DNA from: Bacteroidales bacterium UBA4181 | GTDB taxonomy: Bacteria; Bacteroidota; Bacteroidia; Bacteroidales; UBA4181 | Reading direction: 5' to 3' | Length of the DNA stretch: 64,000 nt | Assembly (NCBI GenBank): GCA_002380425.1 | Contig: DFUR01000068.1 | Location: 87-64,086 of the forward strand | Shown: piece by piece, positions 21,085-29,578 of the stretch | Layout of the letters: every line of letters begins with the position of its first letter | How positions within the stretch are numbered: position 1 is the stretch's first letter | Notes under the pieces: generated by a model | Seen by the model: only the letters and a program-made list of their open reading frames with translations | Told to the model about the DNA's origin: nothing | Database searches by the model: none | Position numbers and translations under genes: made by a program

Positions 21085-22527
21085 TTAGGATTCAGAATCA
21101 TCCTTTCGTGTGATGCAAATCTGGTGCTTCTTCATTTTTCGGATCAGGGTGTCACGGGTAATGCCCAAAAGTTCAGCTGCAGCTGTCTGGTTATAGCTGC
21201 ATTGTTTGAGAGCCGAACGAATCAGCGCTCTTTCGTGGGATTTCAAATCAGAGGATTCCGGCTCTGTTGTGGGCGGATTCGGCGCGGGCCTCCTGGCGGC
21301 TTCCGGAGTTGGGTCTGAAGTTTGCAGCCCCGCTCTGACAGGAAAATCTGCCGGGGAGAGGACATCGGCCTTACACAGGATGATGGCCCTTTCGGCCATA
21401 TTTCTGAGCTCTCTGACATTACCCGGAAAATCGTAACTCATGAGCACGTCAAATACCCGCTCATCAATCTGGACCCTGGGTTTGTTGAACTGAACCGAGA
21501 AAAGCTCCACATAATAGAGCAAAAGAGGTCGGATGTCGTCCCGATGTTGCCGTAAGGGTGGGATGTGTATGTGCAACGTGTTCAGGCGATGAAACAAATC
21601 CAGACGAAACTCTTTCCGGGTAACTTTTTGCTCGATGTCGTGATTGGTGGCCGAGATAATCCTGAAGTTGGTCGGAATCTGTTTGGTGTCTCCGACGCGG
21701 GTGATGATCTTCTCTTCTGATGCCCGCAGAATCTTGGCCTGCAGATTCAAAGGCATATCGGCGATTTCATCCAAAAAAAGCGTGCCGTTGTTGCACACCT
21801 CAAAAAAACCCATTTTGTCCTCTATGGCACCAGTAAAAGAGCCTTTCTTGTGACCAAAGAATTCGCTCTCCAGCAATGTCTCGGTGATGGCACTGCTGTT
21901 GACTGCGCAAAATACATGGTTTTTTCGGGTGCTGGAATAATGGATGATCCGGGCAATGTTCTCTTTTCCGGTTCCGCTCTCCCCGGTGATCAGTACGTTG
22001 GAGTCCGGATAGCTTGCAGCGGTCATCGCGGCATCAAAAACTTCCTGAATCTGACTGCTCACGCCGATGAACTGACGGTCAATCTTTTCTTCGAGCGATT
22101 TGGATATCAATGAATTTTTTTCTTCGGCCTGCCGAAGTTTTCGCTGGACCCAAAGAAATTTTCGGGTGCGCTCAATGGCAATCTGAATATCAATATGTCT
22201 GAAGGGCTTGCGTAGATAATCGAAGGCTCCAAGCCTCATGGCGTTGATTACCGTATCCATATCTCCATGGGCAGAGACCACAATCACCTCCATCCCAGGA
22301 TACATTTTCTTAACCTCCTTGAGGACATCCAGCCCGTTCACGGCCCCCAGGCGGACATCCAGTACCAGCAGGTCGAAGCCTGAGCGACTCAGCACTTTCA
22401 TGCCTTCCGAAGCTGTGTTGGCTTCTACTGCATCCATCCCAAGGTGCGTCAGATACTCACACAATTCTTCGGTGAAGTCTTTCTCATCATCGAGGACCAG
22501 AACCCGGATTTTTTCCAGATTGTTCAT
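21085..22527 (-). CDS. Sigma-54-dependent response regulator (NtrC family: REC + AAA+ + Fis-type HTH)
   Basis: The receiver carries LLVLDVRLGAVNG. Walker A is GESGTGKE. The GAFTGA-type loop reads GSFTGA. ESEFFGH is present, and the C-terminal HTH reads NQTAAAELLGITRDTLIRKMKKH. Confidence 0.9.
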   Translation of the reverse strand: MNNLEKIRVLVLDDEKDFTEELCEYLTHLGMDAVEANTASEGMKVLSRSGFDLLVLDVRLGAVNGLDVLKEVKKMYPGMEVIVVSAHGDMDTVINAMRLGAFDYLRKPFRHIDIQIAIERTRKFLWVQRKLRQAEEKNSLISKSLEEKIDRQFIGVSSQIQEVFDAAMTAASYPDSNVLITGESGTGKENIARIIHYSSTRKNHVFCAVNSSAITETLLESEFFGHKKGSFTGAIEDKMGFFEVCNNGTLFLDEIADMPLNLQAKILRASEEKIITRVGDTKQIPTNFRIISATNHDIEQKVTRKEFRLDLFHRLNTLHIHIPPLRQHRDDIRPLLLYYVELFSVQFNKPRVQIDERVFDVLMSYDFPGNVRELRNMAERAIILCKADVLSPADFPVRAGLQTSDPTPEAARRPAPNPPTTEPESSDLKSHERALIRSALKQCSYNQTAAAELLGITRDTLIRKMKKHQICITRKDDSES

Positions 22528-24092
22528 ATAAATTGCTGATTAGGTGTTGGTAAAATGATGGACAGGGTGGTTCCTTCGCCCCAGAGGCTGCTTACCTGAA
22601 TATCCCCGTTCATATTGCGGACAATGCCATAAGTTATGGACAAGCCCAGTCCGGTGCCCTTGCCGGCTTCCTTGGTGGAAAAAAACGGGAGCATTATCTG
22701 GTCCAGATGTTCCTGCCTGATTCCCGTTCCATTGTCTTGAACCTCAATCACCAGATTTCCGCGGTCTTTGCGTGTCCGGATTTGAATGGCCGGTGGGAAG
22801 GTAGCCACATGAAGCTGTTTCTCCAGAATGGCATCCCGGGCATTGGACAGGATATTGATCATGGCCTGCTCCAGTTCAAAAGTGTTCCCCTCAACCTGGG
22901 GCAGGTCGTTTGACGGGGTGAAGGTAAGAGAAATACCTTTCTGTTTGATCTGTTCGCTCATCAGGGACAAGGCATTCTCAATGCTTTTGTTGATATCGAA
23001 AGGCGCGGTCTGAGCCTGAATATTGCTTCGCGAAAATACCCGGATATGGTCTATGGTATCCCGGATTCTGCGGATGCTTTCGAAAATCTTGGTGCTCTTG
23101 CGCTCAAAGTAATTTTTGCTGAGTACCTCCTTATTTGAGGCCTCAAGCATCATATTCTCAAAGATCAGGGAGAGCGTATTCAGGGGTTGGTTGATTTCGT
23201 GCGCCATTGCAGAAGCCATTTCCCCCAGACTCACCAGACGTTCGGAATGCAGGAGTTTGCTCTCCATAATCTTTCGTTCGGAGATGTCCCGGACCAGAAT
23301 CATCACCGACAGAGGGGCTCCGTGGTGGCGTTCAATCATGGCAGCGCTGATCTCACTGGGAAAGAAGCCATATCCTTTTCTGAGCAGGGTGAATTCCAAA
23401 TTCTGAGCCAGGCCTTCTTTGCGCAGCCGTTCCACAACCTTCCGGACTTTCCCGCTTTGTCCAAAGTGCAGAAACCGAAGAAAATGACGGCCAAGCATAT
23501 CCTCACGGTTCTCCATCCCGAATAAAGTAAGGGCACTTTGCGAGATTTCCGTCACCGCACCATACAGATTGATCAGCACAATGCCATCCGGAGAGGCATT
23601 CAGCAGGGTGCGGTATTCTTCCTCACTGACAATGAGTGACTCATTTGCCTTGTATAAGGATGCCGTTGTTAAACTCAGTTCATTGGCAATCTCCCTGATT
23701 TGCTGCTTTTGTCTGTGCAGTTCGAGGAAAATATGCACCTTGCTGATGAGAATCTGGCTTTGGAACGGTTTGTTGATGAAGTCCACGGCGCCTGCCGCAT
23801 AGCCCCTGAGTATTTGTTTGTTGTCCGGATATGAGGCCGTGATAAAGATAATGGGGATATGCTCGTTGCGTTCAGCGTTCAGTTTAACGGCCAACTCATA
23901 TCCATCCATCCCGGGCATCTGAACGTCCAGGATGGCCAGAGCCAGATCGAGTCCGCTGGTAAGTTGTAGTGCCTCTTCTCCCGAAAAAGCCTTGATCAAA
24001 TGGACGTCAATGCCTTTGAGTAGTGCCGAGATAAACAGCACGTTGCCGGCATTGTCATCAACAATCAGCAGATGGGTTCTGGACTTTGTCAT
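22524..24092 (-). CDS. Receiver-gated histidine kinase (REC + PAS + HisKA + HATPase)
   Basis: The receiver carries [13 protein letters not shown], followed by a PAS-like segment. Kinase motifs are H-box [10 protein letters not shown] and ATPase blocks [14 protein letters not shown] and GTGLGLS. The start overlaps the upstream gene by 35 nt, and the stop overlaps the NtrC start by 4 nt. Confidence 0.85.
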   Translation of the reverse strand: MTKSRTHLLIVDDNAGNVLFISALLKGIDVHLIKAFSGEEALQLTSGLDLALAILDVQMPGMDGYELAVKLNAERNEHIPIIFITASYPDNKQILRGYAAGAVDFINKPFQSQILISKVHIFLELHRQKQQIREIANELSLTTASLYKANESLIVSEEEYRTLLNASPDGIVLINLYGAVTEISQSALTLFGMENREDMLGRHFLRFLHFGQSGKVRKVVERLRKEGLAQNLEFTLLRKGYGFFPSEISAAMIERHHGAPLSVMILVRDISERKIMESKLLHSERLVSLGEMASAMAHEINQPLNTLSLIFENMMLEASNKEVLSKNYFERKSTKIFESIRRIRDTIDHIRVFSRSNIQAQTAPFDINKSIENALSLMSEQIKQKGISLTFTPSNDLPQVEGNTFELEQAMINILSNARDAILEKQLHVATFPPAIQIRTRKDRGNLVIEVQDNGTGIRQEHLDQIMLPFFSTKEAGKGTGLGLSITYGIVRNMNGDIQVSSLWGEGTTLSIILPTPNQQFI

Positions 24093-25722
24093 ATGCTTTG
24101 TGAATCACCTGTCTGATGGTTTCCAGAATATTCTCTCCCTGAACGGGCTTGGTGAGGACATCATCACATCCGGCCTCCAAAGCCAGTCTTCGCTCTTCAC
24201 GAAAGGCGTAGGCAGTCTGCGCGATGACAGGAAGGCTGGGCCTCAGGTTCTTGATCCGTCTGGTGGCCTCAAATCCATCCAGAACAGGCATCTTCATGTC
24301 CATAAGGACAACTTGTATGTTGGCGTCCATAGAGACCCACTCGACAGCCTCTTCGCCATTCTTGGCCATCCGGACATTCAGGCCGGCGGTTCTCAACAAG
24401 GACTTGAGGTACATTCGGCTCACATTGTCGTCCTCCACTACCAGCACCGTGTATGTTCCGGGCATCAGGGTTTGGGTTTTTCCCGGAACGATAGTTTGGG
24501 CTGGGGAGCCCGGGTGAATCAGCGGAATCCGGAAGCGAAAGTCAGAGCCCTTACCAACAGCCGATTCCACCCAGATGCGTCCGCCGAGCAGTTGCACCAG
24601 CGATCGGGCAATAGACAGGCCCAGGCCAGTGCCTTCAAAGTCCCGGGTCAGGGTCATGTTACCCTGGATGAAGCGTTCAAAGATGATTTCTTTTTGTAGT
24701 TCAGGAATGCCTACGCCAGTGTCACGGACAAAGAATTCCAGTTCCCCTTCGCATACTTTGTACCCAAAGGAAACGGACCCTCTGAGGGTGAACTTGAGCG
24801 CGTTCTTGAGCAGGTTGGAAAGTACCTGGGATAACTTGGGGAAATCGGTGACCACTATATCCTGCTGATCCGGAAGGTCACAATGCAGGGAAAGCGATAA
24901 TTCCTTAGCCTGAGCCTCAGGGCGGAAGAATACCATCAAATCGTGCATGAGCCCATTAATCGGGGCTTCCTGAATCTGGGCTTCCACCTGTCCTGTTTCA
25001 ATCTTGGACAAATCCAGGATGTCATTGATCACATGGAGCATTCTCTTGCCGCTTTGTTCAATGATATCCACATATTCTTTGATTTGGTCCGGGGTAAGAC
25101 AGGAATCCCGGAGCAATTCGGCAAAGCCCAGAATCCCGTTCATAGGCGTGCGGATTTCGTGGCTGATATTTTGCAGAAATGCCGTTTTGAGCCGGTTGCT
25201 CTCCTCGGCTTTTTCATTGGCAATCAGCAGGTTCTCGTAGAGTTTGAGCAAATCGTTGCGACTATCTTCCAACTCCTTGGTCCTGCGGGCAACCAGTTCC
25301 TCAAGTTGTTGCTGCTGCATCTGGCGCATCCGGTTGGCCTGTCGGATCTTGAACATGGCACAAATCTGGGCGTGAAGCTCCGGCTGGTCAATGGGCTTGG
25401 AGAGAAAGCCCTCGGCTCCGGCATCCAGTGCCTTGACCCGGCTTTCGGTGTCTGTCCTCAGTGCCGTCAGAAAAACCACAGGAATCTGACAAAGTGTTTC
25501 ATCCTGCTTGAGCATCCTGCAGACTTCATAACCGTCCATTCCGGGCATCACAATATCGAGCAAGATAACGTCAGGCGATTCCTTTCTGGCTAGTTCCATC
25601 CCCTGTGCCCCGTTGGTGGACATAAAAAAGTCCGCACTGGGAAACGATTCTTTTACCAGTGCCCCCAAGGTAACCAGATTGTCTCTTACATCATCAATGG
25701 CCAGAATTCTAATCTCTTTCAT
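24058..25722 (-). CDS. Hybrid histidine kinase (REC + HisKA + HATPase + REC)
   Basis: The N-terminal receiver carries VILLDIVMPGMDG. Kinase motifs are H-box ISHEIRTPMN, NLLKNALKFT, DTGVGIP and GTGLGLS. The C-terminal receiver carries VVLMDMKMPVLDG. Confidence 0.85.
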   Translation of the reverse strand: MKEIRILAIDDVRDNLVTLGALVKESFPSADFFMSTNGAQGMELARKESPDVILLDIVMPGMDGYEVCRMLKQDETLCQIPVVFLTALRTDTESRVKALDAGAEGFLSKPIDQPELHAQICAMFKIRQANRMRQMQQQQLEELVARRTKELEDSRNDLLKLYENLLIANEKAEESNRLKTAFLQNISHEIRTPMNGILGFAELLRDSCLTPDQIKEYVDIIEQSGKRMLHVINDILDLSKIETGQVEAQIQEAPINGLMHDLMVFFRPEAQAKELSLSLHCDLPDQQDIVVTDFPKLSQVLSNLLKNALKFTLRGSVSFGYKVCEGELEFFVRDTGVGIPELQKEIIFERFIQGNMTLTRDFEGTGLGLSIARSLVQLLGGRIWVESAVGKGSDFRFRIPLIHPGSPAQTIVPGKTQTLMPGTYTVLVVEDDNVSRMYLKSLLRTAGLNVRMAKNGEEAVEWVSMDANIQVVLMDMKMPVLDGFEATRRIKNLRPSLPVIAQTAYAFREERRLALEAGCDDVLTKPVQGENILETIRQVIHKAYDKVQNPSADC

Positions 25723-28630
25723 CCCCGTATAGTATATGAGTTAGTATTTTCATCAAGGTGTCCGGGTCCACAGGTTTTGAAACATATCCGTCAAAGCCGA
25801 AACTGAGAATTTCCTCACGGTTGCCCTTCATGGCACTTGCCGTGACGGCGATGACGGGAATGCGTTCAGTCTCTGGTTGCTCCCGGAGCTGTTTGAGCAC
25901 CATAAAGCCATCCAGTTTGGGTAGGGCGATATCCAGCAGAATGATGTCCGGGGACTGCTCTTTGGCCATTGTGAGGGCTTTGCGGCCGTCACTGGCTTCC
26001 AGGATATCGCAGGTGTCTTTCAGGAGGGCTCTCAGGGTGGTCATGTTGTCGGCGTTGTCCTCAGCAATAAGAACCCTTGGACGGGTTCCCGGGGGGATGC
26101 ACGTAGTAGCCGGGGCCGCCGCTGCTCTGGAAAAATCCGGGAACACCATTTCCCTGACAGCGCGCAATAACTCATCGCGGCTTACATTCCCTTTTTGAAT
26201 CAGTTGGTGGATGTGGTTACCCCGGAGGAAGTTGAGTTCTTCCTTTGAAATATGTTTGGCCGTCAGAATCAGCACCGGAAGAAGAGGGATACTTGGCTGA
26301 CAGCGAATTTGTCGCAAGACTTCAAACCCGTCCACCTCAGGCATCATCAAATCGAGTATCACAGCATCAGGACGGCAAATCTGAAGTTTTTGCAACGCAT
26401 CCGTCCCGTTTTGCGCCACTTCAATCTGGCACCCCATACCTGAGAGAAAGTCACGGATTTGAATGATTGCCGGTTCACTGTCTTCCACCAGCAAAATGGT
26501 TTTCCCCGTGAGGTCCAGGGGAGCAGGGTCGCACGCTTCGGCAGACTTAGTCCGCGGAGGCTGTGGAAGAGCTTCGAATCCCCGTAGAGGCAGAGATAGG
26601 GTAAACCTGGACCCTTTCCCGATTTTGCTGTTTACCGTGATGCTCCCGCGGAGAATTTCGGCATATTTTTTTGATATGGCCAGCCCAAGGCCCGTTCCTC
26701 CGTATTTTCTGGAGGAACTGCCATCAGCTTGCCGGAACTCGTCAAAAATAATGGACAACTGTTCTTCAAGAATACCGATACCGGTGTCCGAAACGGTAAC
26801 CTTCATGAGTTCCCCGCTGGTTTCCAGCAGAACCTCCACAGAGCCTTCTTCGGTGAACTTCACGGCATTTCCGATGAGATTCTGCAGAATGTGACGGCAC
26901 TTTTCCCGGTCAGTGCGGATGAGCGTGACTTCGGAGGGCAACACAGTCTCAAGCCGGATGCCTTTTTCCTCAGCCTGAGGCCTGATCATCTCGGTCACTT
27001 CGGCAATAAGGCTCCTCATAGAAAATTCATCTGCCAGAACCTCAGACCTTCCTGCTTCAATCCGGGAAAGATCCAGAATGTCGTTGATCAAAGCCAGTAG
27101 GTTCTTCCCATTTCGTTCAATAACTGAAAGATAGCCGTATTCTTCCGGGTCGATTTTATCCCTGAGCCGACGGTGCAGCACCCCGGACAAGGCAATGACA
27201 GAATTCAGTGGGGTTCTCAGTTCGTGACTCATGTTGGCCAGAAACTGTGATTTCATCTGGTTCGATTCATCCAGTCGGCGCTGCTGCATCATCAGTTCGG
27301 TATTCTGTTCGCTCAGTTCTCTGGATTGCGCCGACAATTCGTTTTTCTGGGCCTCAAGTTCATGGTTCTGGTTTTCCAGTTGCTCTGAAAACAGACGTAT
27401 CCTGTGGTGTGCCAGCACCCCGTTAATCCGGGCCGTTAGGGTGTGGTGTATGTCATTGAGCAAGCGGACAGAGAGGTCGTCAAAACTCCGGATGCGTGCC
27501 AGGGAAAGGATGGCAATCACTTTGCGGGCATTCAGCACAGGGATGGTGATGATTTCCCGCGGCACCATATCCCCGCTCAGGGTACGCAAGACAAAGCGGG
27601 TGTCTTCAGGAATTTTAGATATTCTCTGGATTTTTCGGGTAGCCAGAGCTACGCCCAGTTCTCCTTCGGCATCCTTTGCCCCAAAGGGTCTGCGGCCCTG
27701 TTCTGAGAGGCCCACGGATTCAAAGTGGACAAACTGAGTTCCATCTTCATTGAGAAAGTACAAGGCTCCCATCTGCGCCTGAGTGTATTCTGTGAGCATT
27801 TTAATCAGTTCCCGGCAGAAACCAGCAAGGTTGTCTTCCCGCAACATCATGCCTGAAATGTTCACGGTATTTTTGTTCAAGGTCATGGCCTGCTCAATCT
27901 GCTCGGCCAGTTCGTTGAAGACTCTGGCAAGAGCTCCCAGCTCGTTGGGTGCCTGGTTCCTGCTACGCAGGCTCCAGTTGCCCTTGCGGTATGCTTCGGT
28001 GATTTTATGGAGTTCTTCCATCGGGTATCGGGTTCCCTTCAGCAGCAGCCAGTATATCAGCAGAGATACGATCAGGATGAGCGAGAACGTAATGATCAGC
28101 CTGCGTTGTAATTTCATTTTCAAATCCTTTCCGGTTGTATAAAACTGCTCCGAGCGATTCTGGGCATAATCGCTGATTGCGTTGAGCCTGGACTCAATCA
28201 TATCTGGTCCCGGCACGTCCCCGATGGCTTCTTTTTGAATGGCTCTGTCACGTTGACCCTTCCATTGATCAAAGGCGATGCTTAGCGCATCAATATCCGT
28301 CTGAGGCCCCAGATAAGCCTCTCTGAGAATCTGAATCTGTTTGCGTCCGTCCGTGTCCTTTTCATCCAGGGTGCGAAGTTGCTGCTCCTGCGTCTGAGCG
28401 GAAACGGGCTGGTCCATATCCTTGAGCAGGCTGTTCATCTCCAGGATATCTCCGTGGAGCCTGCCTATGGCCACCTGAACCCTCAGAGGGTGTTCATAGA
28501 GATCCCGGGTAGTGGTCCATACCAGATGGTTGTGCCACCAACCCAGAACACCCATCAGTAGGGAAAAGAACAAGATAATCAGAAAGCCTGTGCGTAGTTG
28601 TACTCCGATTTTGAGGTGGGAAAAATTCAT
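25709..28630 (-). CDS. Large membrane sensor hybrid kinase (periplasmic helical sensor, TM, HAMP, GAF-like, E/Q-rich coiled coil, HisKA, HATPase, REC, REC)
   Basis: Two TM segments bracket a roughly 140-aa helical extracytoplasmic region. A HAMP-like linker (PMEELHKITEAYRKGNW..LARVFNELAEQIE) follows. Kinase motifs are H-box MSHELRTPLN, NLIGNAVKFT, DTGIGI and GTGLGLA. Two receivers carry AVILDLMMPEVDG and IILLDIALPKLDG. Confidence 0.85.
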   Translation of the reverse strand: MNFSHLKIGVQLRTGFLIILFFSLLMGVLGWWHNHLVWTTTRDLYEHPLRVQVAIGRLHGDILEMNSLLKDMDQPVSAQTQEQQLRTLDEKDTDGRKQIQILREAYLGPQTDIDALSIAFDQWKGQRDRAIQKEAIGDVPGPDMIESRLNAISDYAQNRSEQFYTTGKDLKMKLQRRLIITFSLILIVSLLIYWLLLKGTRYPMEELHKITEAYRKGNWSLRSRNQAPNELGALARVFNELAEQIEQAMTLNKNTVNISGMMLREDNLAGFCRELIKMLTEYTQAQMGALYFLNEDGTQFVHFESVGLSEQGRRPFGAKDAEGELGVALATRKIQRISKIPEDTRFVLRTLSGDMVPREIITIPVLNARKVIAILSLARIRSFDDLSVRLLNDIHHTLTARINGVLAHHRIRLFSEQLENQNHELEAQKNELSAQSRELSEQNTELMMQQRRLDESNQMKSQFLANMSHELRTPLNSVIALSGVLHRRLRDKIDPEEYGYLSVIERNGKNLLALINDILDLSRIEAGRSEVLADEFSMRSLIAEVTEMIRPQAEEKGIRLETVLPSEVTLIRTDREKCRHILQNLIGNAVKFTEEGSVEVLLETSGELMKVTVSDTGIGILEEQLSIIFDEFRQADGSSSRKYGGTGLGLAISKKYAEILRGSITVNSKIGKGSRFTLSLPLRGFEALPQPPRTKSAEACDPAPLDLTGKTILLVEDSEPAIIQIRDFLSGMGCQIEVAQNGTDALQKLQICRPDAVILDLMMPEVDGFEVLRQIRCQPSIPLLPVLILTAKHISKEELNFLRGNHIHQLIQKGNVSRDELLRAVREMVFPDFSRAAAAPATTCIPPGTRPRVLIAEDNADNMTTLRALLKDTCDILEASDGRKALTMAKEQSPDIILLDIALPKLDGFMVLKQLREQPETERIPVIAVTASAMKGNREEILSFGFDGYVSKPVDPDTLMKILTHILYGDERD

Positions 28631-28644
28631 GCTTGAAAAGAACT

Positions 28645-29484
28645 TCAGAAGTTAAGTTTTACAAATATATTGCCAATGTTGGAATAAGGGTGAAAACCCG
28701 GAAAGGTTTTCACCATCTCCTTTTCGGATTCATCCACAACAAGACATCCGCCGGGGTTCAGGGAGTAATACAATTTTCTGAGTATCCTGATCCGGATCCG
28801 TTCCTTGTAATAAATCAAAAGATTAGAGCAATAAATGATGTCATAACCTGTGAATACCGAGGATGGTGGCGCTGTGGTGAATTCATCCAGAATGTCGTAG
28901 TGGACAAACTCAATTTTTTTTCTGATAGGATCACAGACCTTCCACATAGAGCCATCGGCCACAAAATATTCGGAGAGTGTCTTATGGCTAAGCCTGCTCA
29001 GCAAGGACTGATCGTACATGCCTCTGCGGGCTTTCTCCAGCGCTTCATCAGCTATGTCCGTTGCCAGAATGGAGTACGGACAATTCCGGCCATACACTTT
29101 GTTTTGGTCTTCCATCATAATCGCCAGGGAATAGGGCTCCTGACCTTCGGCACACGCTGCTGACCAAATTCGCAGAAACGGGTCATGCCGGTGTTTGTCC
29201 CGACTTATCTCGGGTACCAGGTAGCGACCGAGAATCAGGAAGTCCAGGGGGTCCCGAAAAAACTGGCTAAAGGAGATGTTCAGGGCTGCCACAAAACACT
29301 GAATTTCTCTTTGGTCCCGGTTAAGCATCCCGGTGTAAGAGAGAATATCCGTACACCGGGTGTGATCCAGCCTTTGGCGGATAATGCTGTGCAGGAAATC
29401 CGTTGAGTAACCGCTCAGGTCTCTTTGTGCCTTTATGAAGACTGTCTCCAGGATCGGTTCCAGTTCTTCCTGCGTCATAGCCAT
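28645..29484 (-). CDS. cheR: CheR-type protein-glutamate O-methyltransferase (full length, N-terminal helical + SAM-dependent MTase domains)
   Basis: Motifs include SQFFRDPLDF, the SAM-binding block LRIWSAACAEGQEPYSLAI, ILATDI and YDIIYCSNLLIYY. The 279-aa length matches stand-alone CheR. Confidence 0.85.
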   Translation of the reverse strand: MAMTQEELEPILETVFIKAQRDLSGYSTDFLHSIIRQRLDHTRCTDILSYTGMLNRDQREIQCFVAALNISFSQFFRDPLDFLILGRYLVPEISRDKHRHDPFLRIWSAACAEGQEPYSLAIMMEDQNKVYGRNCPYSILATDIADEALEKARRGMYDQSLLSRLSHKTLSEYFVADGSMWKVCDPIRKKIEFVHYDILDEFTTAPPSSVFTGYDIIYCSNLLIYYKERIRIRILRKLYYSLNPGGCLVVDESEKEMVKTFPGFHPYSNIGNIFVKLNF

Positions 29485-29578
29485 GGATCAGCAATGTGGG
29501 TGATGGGTTTGACCGTAAAGTTAATGAATTTCACACGAATTATTCATAATTTCGCAGTTTCAAACAAATTCCGCGACC

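Noticed and set aside
29485-29578. Possible SAM riboswitch or operator between divergent cheR and metY, including the imperfect palindrome CGAATTATTCATAATTTCG at 29536-29554
   Set aside because: A gap of only 94 nt is too short for a SAM-I aptamer plus expression platform. None of the conserved SAM-I or SAM-II sequence blocks is visible. The palindrome needs an indel to pair, so support for it is weak.
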